Positions 33,601 to 47,150 of a stretch of 64,000 nt of DNA are shown piece by piece. Under the pieces are notes generated by a model, which saw only the letters and a program-made list of their open reading frames with translations, was not told the origin of the DNA and ran no database searches. Within the stretch, counting starts at the first letter, position 1, and each line of letters begins with the position of its first letter. The DNA comes from Daphnia carinata. Taxonomy: Eukaryota. Made by a program: the position numbers and the translations under genes. The DNA lies in assembly GCF_022539665.2 (NCBI RefSeq), contig NC_081331.1, positions 4,712,001 through 4,776,000 of the forward strand. The letters are read 5' to 3'.

Positions 33601-36498
33601 TCCCGACCGGCCGCCGTGTGTCTGTGATAACCGGGCACACACACATATATGCTCTCACTTTGACTTTGCTGGGAATCCCATGCCACTCCTTTTTGCTCTC
33701 TATACTCTTATCGTCGACTCGCACATTCCATTTGGGTTATTATTATTATTTGGCTTGACGTGTACACAGTCGCACCACTCTCGTCTATGGAAGACCAATA
33801 CGACGGAGATCAAGAAAGCGGGAAGGAAAAAAAACAAACAAATAAAACAGTCAACACGGCCATTTTTTAAATATCATTTTTCATTAAATTTTCCTCCGTA
33901 GTCGAGTCATGAAACAAAAAATCAAATCGGGTCAATTGCAAAAGTCGTGAGCGTGCATTCAAACGATCGACCAGCTGATCTTCCTATCAACATCTTGAAC
34001 TTCTTCATCTCCCTTCTCTTCCGCCGACCAATATCTCTTTCTCTCATCTCTTTCTCTTTTTTTTTTAATTTTTAAATTTAGAAAATAAGTAAAAAAACAT
34101 AAATTATTTTTTTCCCCTTGAATGAGCTTGGACTGCTTGAGTTTGGCTTCCATCTTGATTGCGACAGGGCACCAATACAAGTAGGTACTCGCGATGAACG
34201 GGCGTTATTTATTTTCTTTTTGAGCAACCCCCGCTGTTGTTCCTTGTATTTTATTTCGGATAGCGATGGCTGTGGCTAGATTATTGGAAGGGAATTATCT
34301 CACGTTGGCATCGTTGGCAGTTCTGTATAGCTATCCTATACACACGTATATTTATGTATATGGATGTATTCAATTCCAACTAACCCCAAGTCCGCTGCTG
34401 ACTGGACGCCATGATGAACCCCAGGTGTGCGTAACAGCACAAAACACAGCCAGTCGTAAATTTAGACCAAAGGTATACGTATATATAAGGACATTATTGA
34501 AACGGTCCCAAAAAGATTTGTTTCCCCCCGTCCCCTGGAATTTTCCTAAGGGGGGGGGGGGGTTCGTTGTTGTACATTTACTGGAGAATTTTTTGGGGGG
34601 GATATTCTTCTGTAGATCTTTGACATTGATAAGTACCGCTTGCTCGAGAGGTGAGGGGAGGGTCGCTATTATCTTATAAGCTAAAGCTGTGGGACACACG
34701 ATCCGGCAGGTGTTTATTAAAAGAGAAAAGAGAAATATAAATAAATAAATAATAAAAACAAACGAAAATGAAATAGAAAATGCACAGACTTTTATGTTCT
34801 TAACTTTCCAGATAGGAAAAAAAGAAAGAATCTAAGAAGACATAATACTATAAATAGTATGGCCTATGGACTATTTATTATCGATTGAATTGATTGACCG
34901 TTTTTTTTTTCTTTTCTTTCTACCGGGAGAACGACGGCTGATATCTTTCTTTCCATTTTCCTTCTCCTTCTTTTTTTTCCGTCCCTTCTTTCTGGCTTGT
35001 TGGCTGCTCACAAGGCGCATTCAATCACTCGGTGGTATATAAGCGAGACGTAATCAACGTCATCATTTTGTCAGAGTGAAACGCTCAGTGTGTGTTGTTG
35101 TCGCGGTGCCTTATTATCGTTATTGTCAATGAACACGGTTGCAGCTGCAATATAATGAACAGATAAGTGCTAGACTCTCCTGCCTGCTGCTCTTCTTGCT
35201 GGTGACTCAGCGCCTCTTCGTCTTTATACTCGACTTCGACCATCACCACCTGCACACGGCCAACGGACTTCTCCTCGCAAACGCACACACAATGACACAT
35301 TTTACGAGAATTCTCAACCGAATTTAACGACGGGTCCATCACGCGCGTCCCAAGGTCTTTTTTCTCTCTTTCATTCCCCGAAAAGTCTTTAAAAGAATCC
35401 GTTCTCTCTGTCGCTAGTTCGCTGGAATTTTTATTTCTATCTCATATACATAAGCGGAATGAAGAGAGAAGGGGGGAGAGAAAGAGAGAACGGGTTAAAA
35501 AAGACGCACAATACGTGGTGTAATAAGTGCGCACTAGACACACATCGTCGTCGTGCGTATGTATTTTTTTCCGTCTTTTACAATAGCCAAACGAGATTGA
35601 AAAGTGCTAATTTATGCGTCAAGTCCCCTCGCTTTTCCTCGTTTTCAAGAACTTTTCTCACAAAATTTATAGACGTGAACATTTCCTACAAAGCGCGTAT
35701 AGCGAAATCTAAACAGTAATAGTAATAATAATAGTAAAAAAAAGGTAGGGAAACTGAATCGCCGAGAGCGTCCATCTCTGGCGTTGTGTAGTGTTCATTT
35801 TTTTTTTTTTTTACCTTATCATCATTTATCTTGGCATTCCGGAGCGATCCGGCGATATCCATAAACTTTTTTTTTTATCTCCTCTCCCTCTGGTGAATGG
35901 TTGAATGATTTTTCGTTCAAGTTCCGGTTCAGTTTGTGATTGTCCATCATGACTATGCTTTTTTATATTATTATTATTTTTTTATTTTATATATTTATTT
36001 AGTTATTATATTTATTTTCTTGGCACGTTTATATTTCTTAGTCCCTATAGCTGCGTCGTGCCTGGAACTGATCAAATGGCAAAGTTCCTCGGCACATTCG
36101 ATTGTGTCTGGAAAGAAATTCTCTCAGCAATTTGTGATGGGTTAGCACAGAAGTTTTTTAAGTAATTGATTTATAGCTAGGAATAGTGTTCCCACTGCGA
36201 TTTTTTTCTTGTTCCTCGTCGACAGACGAACCATTTTTTCGTTCAGCGATCGTCTTCTTTTTTATTTTTGCTTAAGCCAATCGACGTCCCCTTACGGCAA
36301 ATAAAAGTACTTTTGTTGTAATGTCTTTCTTTCACTGCTTCTGCAAGTTTTTAGCTCATTTCCAAATACCATCACAGTATAACGTAAAACTGAGAAAAAT
36401 GTAAGGAGGAATTGATAATAAATTCTTGAGTTTTCAGTTTTGTTTTCTTTGTTTGATGAATTTTTCATTAAAAAGAAAGAAAACTAAAGAATTCCAAC

Positions 36499-36545
36499 GT
36501 CGTCTGCTTGTATTGGTAAAAATCGACACACGTGAGTGCTGTCAT
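36499..36545 (+). promoter_or_regulatory. Candidate core-promoter motifs of METTL13 (GTCGTCTGCT, CACGTG E-box, GCTGTCA)
   Basis: The motifs lie 40-90 bp upstream of the ATG. GTCGTCTGCT is one I recall as frequent near Daphnia housekeeping gene starts; this is not verified. Confidence 0.3.
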
Positions 36546-36584
36546 TTACAGCTATAATAATTAAAAAGTTTTTACATAACCGCA

Positions 36585-39116
36585 ATGAATCTATTGCCCA
36601 AATCGAGTTCTGAGTTCAGCCAACAAGATTACTGGGAAAAATTTTTCAAAGCAAGAGGCAAGAAAGCATTTGAATGGTACAGTATATTGCAAATGATTTC
36701 TTTCAGAGTTCACTTGCCATCACATAATGTTTTGATTTCTTCAGGTATGGCACATATCAACAGCTTTGTAGTGTGCTTCATAAATACATCAACCCAAGAG
36801 ATAACATCCTGGTTGGAGGATGTGGTAATTCTGCTCTTAGTGCTGATCTGTACAAAGCTGGCTTCACGTAAGTAAGCTTATAATAACCGATCAACAGTAT
36901 GTTTGGCTGACACTTTGCTTTTATGTACAGGTCTATGACAAATGTTGATATTAGTGAAACTGTTATTGAACAGATGACTAAGCAGTATGAAAAAACTCAT
37001 CCCTTAATGAAATTTGTGGCAATGGACTTACTTGATATGACCCTTGATGCAGAAACATTTTCCTGCTTTTTGGATAAAGGAACATTGGATGCCTTGATGT
37101 CCGATGCCAACCAAGAATCAGTGGAGAGGGCAGAAAAGATGTTTCAGGTATTTGAAAAAAGCAGTCATGTCAATGAGGTGACTATTTGAGGTGCTCTTAT
37201 TGGCAGGAAATAGATAGAGTTCTAAAAGTTGGAGGACGGTACATTTGTATTTCGTTGCTCCAAGAACATATTCTTCGGTGTCTTGTATCATACTTTCATA
37301 ACCTAGGTGATTTACATAGATATTTATTCCACAATATATCTGTTATCATAAAACTTTGTCACAGGATGGATGATTCGCGTCTGCCGATGTGAGGAGGCTG
37401 AGCATCAGGAAGATCCTTCAGATTCGAAACAAAAAAAACAAGCTGGTAGTAGCCGTTTCCCATTTCCTGTGTTCACTGTGGTATGCACCAAGTTTAAGAA
37501 AATGGAACGTCTGACGCCATTGCTCGAATTTTGCCCCGACGAGAAAAACATTGAGAGACTATCAAGTGCAGATCAGTTAAAGGAACGTGTTCGATCCGTC
37601 CAACATTTTGCTACATTATGCCATCAAATTAGTCATGACGAAAAATCCTCACAAGATGTCTTTATTGAATTAATGGATCCCAAGTCGTCAAAGAAGACCC
37701 CTAAGTATACACTATTTATCGTTGATCGCCAATGTAAATCGGCCCAAAAATTCGCTGCTTTTGTCGTTCCCCAAGGAAGGTATATAACTTGTCCGTCTTT
37801 TTTTCTTGTTCTATACTTGGTTTGTTAACCATTACGTTTAAACAGGGAAACAGATTGGTTGTTTAGTTCGCATGAGGGGCGACGCCAACTTGCCGATAGC
37901 GCCAAATATCAGCGGCTGTTAGTAATCCATTTGGGTCGCGATCACCAATTTGACAGTTTAGATAGCGTTCAAACTGAATTGGCTGGAATTGTGTCCAGTT
38001 TACAACCCCATGGGTTACCAACAAATACGCAGGTAATTTAATGGTGAAACTTTGATTCGTGTATGAAATGAAAAAGCATTCTTGCTTCTTTTACATAATT
38101 TTTACCTTTATTCTTGTAGATTCCTTTTCTGTCGTTGGGTGCACAAGTTAACCAACGCAAAGAGATTCACAGAGCAGCAAGTGAATCTACAGGCGAATAT
38201 GTAATCGAAGAAGTAGAAGAAGAAAATGATGGAAAACCCGTGGTACTGCGACGGCTCATTTTTCTTTCGAATCCGAACGTCATTCAGTCTGAAGCTCGAA
38301 TGAAAAAAGGTAGTGTTTTGTATTCATTTTTAATGTTCGATTCCAACTAACTATCAATTCTATACCAGGAAAGGTAGATTTGAAACATTTAGCGTGCCAG
38401 CATCACCTTGTTATGGTGGAAGAACTACGACAACACCTGGACACACGAAATCCTGAACTGAATAGCATACTAGTACTTGGCCTTGGTGGTGGAGCTCTTT
38501 GTACCTACCTGCATCAGGCATATCCGCACTTCAAAGTCGATGGTGTCGAAATCGACCCGACCATGGTAGAATTGGCGGAAAAATATTTCGGATTCAAACC
38601 GAGCGAAAATCTCAGACCCCATATTGCTGACGGATTATCTTTCGTTCGCGACCTAGCAGCCACAGGTAAATATTTAATGTACTAGACATGCCTTTGTTAA
38701 TCAAGTAGCGTTTTCCGCTCGAACAGAGTCCGGGGAACGTTACGGTTTCATCATGCTTGACGTTGATTGTAAGGATCGTAGCTTAGGAATAAGCTGCCCT
38801 CCTCCTAGTTTTTTGGATCAAAATTTTATTGAATCTGTGAAACAGTGTTTGAATCCTCATGGTGAGTGGATGAGACTTTTCTATGCCTAAATTGATCTTT
38901 AAAATGGCTGACTTCCTTGCAGGTTTCTTTTTTATGAACCTTGTCTGCCGAGATGAGGCGAAACGAAATAATGTTATGGAAATGCTGCGTAAATCATTCG
39001 AAATCGTCCAAATGAGGAAAATCAAAGGAGAAGTCAATGAAATCATCAGATGTCATCCCGTAGCATTGACTTTACCAGCAAAAACAAGAAATGGTAAAAA
39101 ATCATCGAAAAAATGA
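36585..39116 (+). CDS. METTL13: eEF1A lysine and N-terminal methyltransferase (METTL13/eEF1A-KNMT), 649 aa, 10 exons
   Basis: Exons are 36585-36676, 36745-36867, 36931-37147, 37207-37306, 37365-37779, 37846-38032, 38120-38309, 38369-38665, 38727-38861 and 38923-39116. All introns are GT-AG and the total is 1950 nt in frame. The N-terminus [35 protein letters not shown] is recognisable. The first SAM motif is LVGGCGNS, followed by [25 protein letters not shown] and [17 protein letters not shown]. The second SAM motif is LVLGLGGG, followed by [18 protein letters not shown]. All match the dual-domain METTL13 family. Confidence 0.96.
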
Positions 39117-39900
39117 TTTTTTTTTTTTAACTGTGAAAGAAGGGATTGCAAAATTAAGTTCGTGATTTCCTGATACAATTTACTTGGGACTCTTTTTAAT
39201 ACCTTTAACTAATCAAGGAAGGAGGGGTTATATTACTATAAGTGATATAGCATTTTTGCGGTATAAAGTAAGATTATAGTTTAAGAAGCTGCCCTTGACC
39301 TAGACCATAGAAAATTTTTCCAATACCAACCGATGTATCTGAAACCACCATTCTTTGCTAGAGGAAAACAACATTTAGCATGAGGTAAATAATGTCCCTC
39401 CAAGTAATAAGATATCAAAGCTATATCTCGTGTAGAGCCATGGAGTGGGCGATCTCGGTTTGCACCTTCCAGTACAGGGTAAAAAGCCTACAACATTTAT
39501 TTCCGCTAGAAGATTTGCAAGTGATTTGAACACATGATTATTATTATTTCGTCATTTACGCGGAAGAAAGTTAAAAAAAAAAAAGAAAGGGCTATCTTAC
39601 GTCGTGCGTCACCTATATTAGAGTAGCTGGTTCCCAAAGACAATACGAAATTTGAAGCTAGTTGCATCTTCAAAAAGAGGTTGTAAAGTGTTTTAAATGG
39701 GCGAGTTGAGAAGTCGAAAATTGTCTTGAAGTGTCATTCTGGGCATAAGGGAAGTGTAAGAAGATGTGTCAATGCATTTCAAAACCGGTTGGCCCAATGA
39801 AAATAATAACGAAATATTTATGATTTTCATTTAATTTCAAATCAAATTCATGTACTGGTATAGCTATATCTTGATTTTTGAAAGCAAATGATAAAATCGG

Positions 39901-39928
39901 TAAGCCCGACTTTTTCTTGTCGGGCTTA
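39901..39928. repeat. TAAGCCCGAC hairpin at the left edge of the repeat island
   Basis: TAAGCCCGAC-8 nt-GTCGGGCTTA, a perfect 10 bp stem; mirrors the larger hairpin at 56528-56590. Confidence 0.85.
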
Positions 39929-40203
39929 ATTTCTCTCCCGTTTTCCGTGTTTCTAAAAAGCTATAAGCCCAACGGGAAAAGAAACCCGTTTATCGAAATC
40001 CCCGTTTAATTTTACTGGTTCTATGTGATTTTTATCTGATTCTAAGAGTTTAAATTTTTTGCGGATTTTGGCAAAAGTGGGAAGGCTATAGCCTTCTCAC
40101 TTTTTCATTTTTGGCCAAAATTTTGATTTCATTTTAAATACATGATTCCGATTCAAAATTGAACCAAAATCACAAAAATTAAGTTTGTTTTTATGTTGGG
40201 CTT

Positions 40204-40362
40204 TATGGCAATCCGTTTTACCCAAAAAAAAAAATATCGGCCTTTTTTTTTTTGTTTTACTGCTATCGACCGGTAGATGACGATAGCAGTGAAACAAAAA
40301 AAAGGCTGATATTTTTTTTTTTTTGGGGGGGGGGGGGGGAGGGGGTTAATCGGATTGCCATA
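40204..40362. repeat. ~160 bp imperfect palindrome (MITE-like hairpin); copies at ~51007-51149 and ~55937-56090
   Basis: TATGGCAATCCG...TATCGGCC-polyT-GTTTTACTGCTATCG / CGATAGCAGTGAAAC-polyA-GGCTGATA...CGGATTGCCATA. Confidence 0.85.
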
Positions 40363-42632
40363 GATTGCATCAAACTTACCCATTCGGCAACCCAAGTGTG
40401 CATATGTCTTTCTTTGATAATTATTTTATTTTGCTACTATATTTGGTAAACTGCAATCGTGCCCAATATTTTTGCCTTTGCATTAGGTCAACTCTTAGGT
40501 GATCTATACCTGATCCTGTGTTTTAAAGTGATCTGCTTTCACAGCTACATTTCTGTGTTCTTTTTTGTTGGTCTATGGTTCTGAATTGAGGCAAGTATAT
40601 CTATTATGCTATGTCACTAAGCACTATAGGGAAGGGAATAACTGAAGTTGATTGAGATCTATTCTGATTCTCCTGATATCCATCTCACCAGGTTTATATT
40701 TGCTTTTCAACATCCATTTCATAGTGGGATGTGTGGCTTTCATTAATATTGCCATAAAGACTGGCGAAAATGGGTGTGGTACGGAAACCCAGAAATGGCA
40801 TGAGTTCAACATCAAACATGGATTAGGTACTTTTTCGGTTGTTTGTCTATCGAAAAAGTATTTTTATAGGTAAGTACAAAGATTATTATATTAGTTTTCA
40901 ATTATTAATTATTGTTTTTTAGCTCTAATTATCAACCTGCAGGCTCAATTATTGTTCGTAATCAGTCCATGCAGCGATGGAACTGAACAATTGTGGGACT
41001 GTATTTGGGCAAAAAATGGGTGTGGTACGAAAACCCAGAAATGGCACGAGTTCAACCTAAAACATGGGTTAGGTACTTCCCCGTTCTTTGTCTATCGAAA
41101 AAGTATTTTTAATGCTATTCTTTGCATTCACAGAATTTTAGCGGGGGATCAAGTCATGTCTGGAAGTGTTACAGGATGGAAGAGTGAGCCTACTGTTGAA
41201 AAAAAAAAACTGAGAGTGCATTACCATTAAGGTATGAGGTAAAGTAATAGAGTATGCACATTGTCTAATGAGAAGTACCATCTTGTGTAAATGAATCCTG
41301 TATAACAGCAATCCTTTATAGTTCTGTCACAGCTAGAAGCCTCAAATAATTCTGCTTCTCTTGCTAAAGAACAACTTGTCCTTTACGTTCAGAGTGTTGG
41401 TGAAGCTGGGTACTTAAATGGCCCTAAAGATGTTTCACTTTGCTGGCATTGCAGCGAGGAACATCATACATGGACCCTTTAGGTATGAAAGGAATTTTCT
41501 TGAAAAAATTTTGAATTTATGACGAAGCATTTCTCCTCCTTTTTGCCAACCATGTCTAATCTACAAAAAAAAATTTATCCAATAGGAAAGGATTTTCGTA
41601 TACTGGGAACACAACTATCAACAATGCAACATTCTAGGGCTGCTATTTTATCATTCAAGAGCCTTATACAATGATTTTCATCTGCAATTTGTATGGCCTT
41701 TCCCTAGCTTCTGCCAGAAGTTGAATCTATGAGTCATGTAAGTCACATGAGCAACAATTGAGATGCTTAATGGTGTTGTTTTTCTTTTCTCAGTGTAGGT
41801 TAATAGTAACATTGGATCTGAAAAGATTCTTGGTTGGGGCAAGACACTGAATAAATTGTAATGATTGGATGGATGACATGACATTTCTATACTTCATTCG
41901 GATTCCCGAGACGGTATTTTATATTTAAAAAATTGAAGTGCATATCTGGGCTCCCTTCCTTTCCGTAGCCCCGTTTCCCCTTGACTCGTAATAAGCCCGT
42001 AGGGGGTCATGCCCCTACTGTACGGTATATATAAAAACAACATATACCGAGGTTTGGAGGGCTCTGGCCGGAAAGGGGACGTGGATGTCCACTTAGTCCG
42101 ATGATGTGTTCACGGAGGGCTCTGTGGCTACCCACAAATCCGAACTAAAGGTTAATCGCTCCAGTAAAAATGTTCCATATCTTCGGCTCTTCTTCCGGCT
42201 TCTCTTAGCCAATCACCGGGTAATCTCCCCGGTGGGTCAACAAGGCAGTGTCTCCCCCTGCCTGGGTTGACGGCAACTTTTGAAAGGGCTATTTTGCCTT
42301 TTTAAAGTTGCAAAAATAATTGTAATGTGCAGAGAATTGTCAATAAAATTTTTTTTATAAAATATTTTTTCCAAAATTTCTTTCTTTCATTGTCTGTTTT
42401 CGCTGTGTTCACACATTACATTTATCACCTTTTTTTTATTTAGCTTGCTCAGTTCACCTTTATTGTTTTGGCCACCTTTGATGGTAAGCAATGTTTCCAT
42501 TGGTTTATCGTTTATCTGTAAGTATTCAATTATTATTTATTACACTCTTTGAATTCTTCAACTAAGATTCAAGGAATAACGTGTAATACTTGGATATTTT
42601 CTGAAGTACTTTTGAATTTGTAATTTATTTTA

Positions 42633-42699
42633 CTCGTATGGGAACCGATCCCCAGACAATCAGCGTTCAACGCCGATGCTCTAACATTGAGCCACGAGG
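42633..42699 (-). ncRNA. tRNA-like cassette (degenerate; mirror copy 53597-53663 +)
   Basis: CTCG-TG-GCTC AATGTTA GAGC-A-TCGGC GTTGAAC GCTGA-TTGTC-TGGGG ATCGGTT CCCAT-ACGAG. D arm and anticodon stem pair; the T-loop/B-box is degenerate. Confidence 0.55.
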
Positions 42700-42802
42700 T
42701 ATATATATGAATTTTTTATTATCGCATATCATATTTTTATGGTCTAGGATGTTTATGCAGTCCTTCACAACTATATGTTTATCTGTCTATTGCTTGCATA
42801 AT

Positions 42803-42871
42803 GACGATAGCTCTGTGGTATAGTCTTTAGCTGCGATATCTGTTACCCTGGGTTCGAACCTCAGTAGATGT
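42803..42871 (+). ncRNA. tRNA-like Pol III cassette (mirror copy ~53425-53493 -)
   Basis: A-box TAGCTCTGTGG and B-box GGTTCGAACC at tRNA spacing; the cloverleaf is otherwise poor. Confidence 0.5.
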
Positions 42872-42989
42872 TTAAAAATGAAACAGAATAAATGTAGAAA
42901 AGAATTTTGCAGTATTGCATTTCAGTTTTATTCTAATTGTAAATTCAAGTCCGCAAGTGACTAGAAAAAAGCCAACTTGTCATCATATG

Positions 42990-43058
42990 ATTCATGGCTC
43001 ATTGGTAGAGCATCGGCGCGGTATGCCGAACATCCTGGGTTCGATCCCTGGATAATAA
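42990..43058 (+). ncRNA. tRNA-like cassette with intact D, anticodon and T arms but a broken acceptor stem (mirror copy ~53238-53306 -)
   Basis: TG-GCTC ATTGGTA GAGC-A-TCGGC GCGGTAT GCCGA-ACATC-CTGGG TTCGATC CCTGG. A-box and B-box match consensus. C occurs at the position of invariant U33. Confidence 0.65.
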
Positions 43059-43960
43059 TTGAATGCTTACAGATAAACGATAAACCAATAGAAACAATGC
43101 TTAACATTAAACGTGTCCCAATGCTTACCATCAAAGGTGGCCAAAACAATAAAGGTGAACTGAGCAAGCTAAATAAAAAAAAGGTGATAAATGTAATGTG
43201 TGAACACAGCGAAAACAGACAATGAAAGAAAGAAATTTTGGAAAAAATATTTTATAAAAAAAATTTTATTGACAATTCTCTGCACATTACAATTATTTTT
43301 GCAACTTTAAAAAGGCACAATAGCCCTTTCAAAAGTTGCCGTCAACCCAGGCAGGGGGAGACACTGCCTTGTTGACCCACCGGGGAGATTACCCGGTGAT
43401 TGGCTAAGAGAAGCCGGAAGAAGAGCCGAAGATATGGAACATTTTTACTGGAGCGATTAACCTTTAGTTCGGATTTGTGGGTAGCCACAGAGCCCTCCGT
43501 GAACACATCATCGGACTAAGCGGACATCCACGTCCCCTTTCCGGCCAGAGCCCTCCAAACCTCGGTATATGTTGTTTTTATATATACCGTACAGTAGGGG
43601 CATGACCCCCTACGGGCTTATTACGAGTCAAGGGGAAACGGGGCTACGGAAAGGAAGGGAGCCCAGATATGCACTTCAATTTACGAAAAATTTAATACCG
43701 TTTTTAATTGAGAATCTGAATGAAGTATGGAAATTCCATGTAGTGTTTCCAAACATAATAATTTATTCAGGACCTTGCCCCAAACAAGAAACCTTTTCAG
43801 ATCAAAATTTATTGTTCATCTATAATAAGACAGTAAAAGACCATTAGGCACAAAAACTCTTAATTCACATATATAGTTCATACCTTACATGATTCGTGAG
43901 TTGATTGCGAGCATATTCTTCTGTCAGAAGCTTCAGAAGAGACATTTACGATTTTCGTTT

Positions 43961-45870
<1,910 letters not shown>

Positions 45871-46165
45871 TAGTGACCCTGGACAGAAAAAATGTAGAAC
45901 AGAATGAAACAAATAAGACTATATAGAGAGGTCAAGAAGTAAAATCTAGCGAGGACGGTCTATCTAGCGAGTAAAGGTAGACAGCAGCAGTGTTTCCACT
46001 TTCCGCAAAGTCCAAATCCCTAGAACGTTGCCAGACTGGGGACATAAATCCCTATTTTAAAAAAATAAAATCCCCAGAAAAATCCCTGTTACTTTCATGG
46101 CATACTCACATCATGGTGTATTAGCAGAGTCATAGAAACCTGGTTGCTCTACGCTGTGTGTAGAT

Positions 46166-46639
46166 CATGGCCTACTATAATCACGGCCAGCAAACGCGCA
46201 ATACCCCCTGCGCCTAAAACGAAATTGCCAGAGGGGTCTAATACCCCAAACCGAGCTCCACTTTCCACTGTTTGGTAACTAACAAAGAATTGAAATGAGT
46301 GGGAAAAACAATGGAAAGTGGAACCTAGCGCCGCGCGTGGCCAGTTTACTATAGGAAAGGAGAAAAAAGAAAGATTTATGCTGGATTCGAACACGGGTCT
46401 CCCGCATTCCAACTGAAAGTTCTACCCATTACACCAAAGTTTTGATAGTTAAATTGCTACCGGGGCACTAGTAATTCACCTCCTTTACCATTCAGTGGCA
46501 AAAGTCGGGGAAATCGGAATGGGTGGAATGAAGCTGCGGCAAGTGGAGTTCGATTTGGGGTATTAGGCCCCTCTGGCAATTTTAGTTTTAGGCGCAGGGG
46601 GTATTGCGCGTTTGCTGGCCGTGATTATAGTAGGCCATG
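46166..46639. mobile_element. MITE E3, intact 474 bp (~98 bp TIR CATGGCCTACTATAATCACGGCC..., 8 bp TSD GTGTAGAT), P- or hAT-like, with an internal tRNA-like cassette
   Basis: TIRs are 46166-46263 / 46542-46639. GTGTAGAT occurs at 46158-46165 and 46640-46647. A minus-strand cassette TGGTGTAATGGGTAGAAC...CGTGTTCGAATCC lies at ~46378-46445. Confidence 0.93.
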
Positions 46640-46872
46640 GTGTAGATGCTACAAGGGTTTGTTGTGACTTGTGGTCCTTTTCTGGCAGTTAAATAGCGAA
46701 CCTAGCGGTTTTGGTGGAGTACTACAAGGTCCCAACCAATGAGCTATGTCCTGCCAAAATTTTGACAGCCAATCATAGCAGACCCGCCAAACGAGGGGGA
46801 AGTACTTAGTACTTTACTCCAGCGGTTTGTACTTGGAGTAGTAGGATGGCCAAGTCAAGCGTGTCTTTCAAG

Positions 46873-47150
46873 CATGGCCTACTATAATAACGGCCTGTCA
46901 GCGCGCAATACTTCTTGCGCAAATAAGTTAATTGTCATTGAGGCTTAATAGATATAAAACTAATATAAAATTACGTAATATAAAATTTTAATACAGAATT
47001 GCAATGAGTGGAAAAACAGTAGAAAGTGGAACCTAGCGCGTGGCCAGCATACGATAGGAAATGGAAAAAAGAAAATGCAGCGGCTAGATTCGAACTCTGG
47101 TCTCCCGCACTGCAATCGGAGGTGCTATCCACTAGGCCCTTCAACTGATG
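46873..47150. mobile_element. Truncated, diverged E3-family copy inside E2, with a tRNA-like cassette (~47078-47146, -)
   Basis: Starts CATGGCCTACTATAATAACGGCC and shares the GAAAGTGGAACCTAGCGCGTGGCCAG core. The cassette reads GGCCTAGTGGATAGCACCTCCGATTGCAGTGCGGGAGACCAGAGTTCGAATCT. No right TIR was found. Confidence 0.75.

Larger units (their letters stand above)
40064..43682 (+). repeat. Left arm of a 3.6 kb near-identical inverted duplication (partner 52613-56230)
   Basis: Identical ORF translations occur on opposite strands with a constant coordinate sum of ~96297, e.g. 40652..40873+ / 55425..55646-, 41678..41884- / 54413..54619+ and 42638..42823+ / 53473..53658-. Only scattered SNPs and homopolymer differences were seen. 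Confidence 0.97.
41930..43682. mobile_element. Foldback-like unit with ~600 bp inverted arms (41930-42540 / 43050-43682) around a ~500 bp spacer holding three tRNA-like cassettes
   Basis: The arms are near-perfect reverse complements apart from a 24 bp indel near the inner ends. No TSD was found, so mobility is inferred only. Confidence 0.6.

Noticed and set aside
22200..36400. Conserved arthropod miRNA or snoRNA genes
   Set aside because: No mature sequence I recognise was seen by eye; an Rfam/miRBase scan is needed to exclude them.
39200..39780. Possible minus-strand gene fragment downstream of METTL13 (splice-like sites)
   Set aside because: No sustained frame or recognisable protein.
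41360..41480. Tyrosine-kinase-like fragment (EQLVLYVQSVGEAGYL / HFAGIAARNII, resembling HRDLAARN)
   Set aside because: Needs a frameshift, and no DFG or other kinase motif was found nearby; too weak without an HMM search.
42990..43058. Functional tRNA-Thr(GGT) gene (and tRNA-Ser/Cys readings of the other cassettes)
   Set aside because: The acceptor stem does not pair, U33 is absent, and loops differ between paralogous copies. All lie inside repeats, so they are called tRNA-like only.
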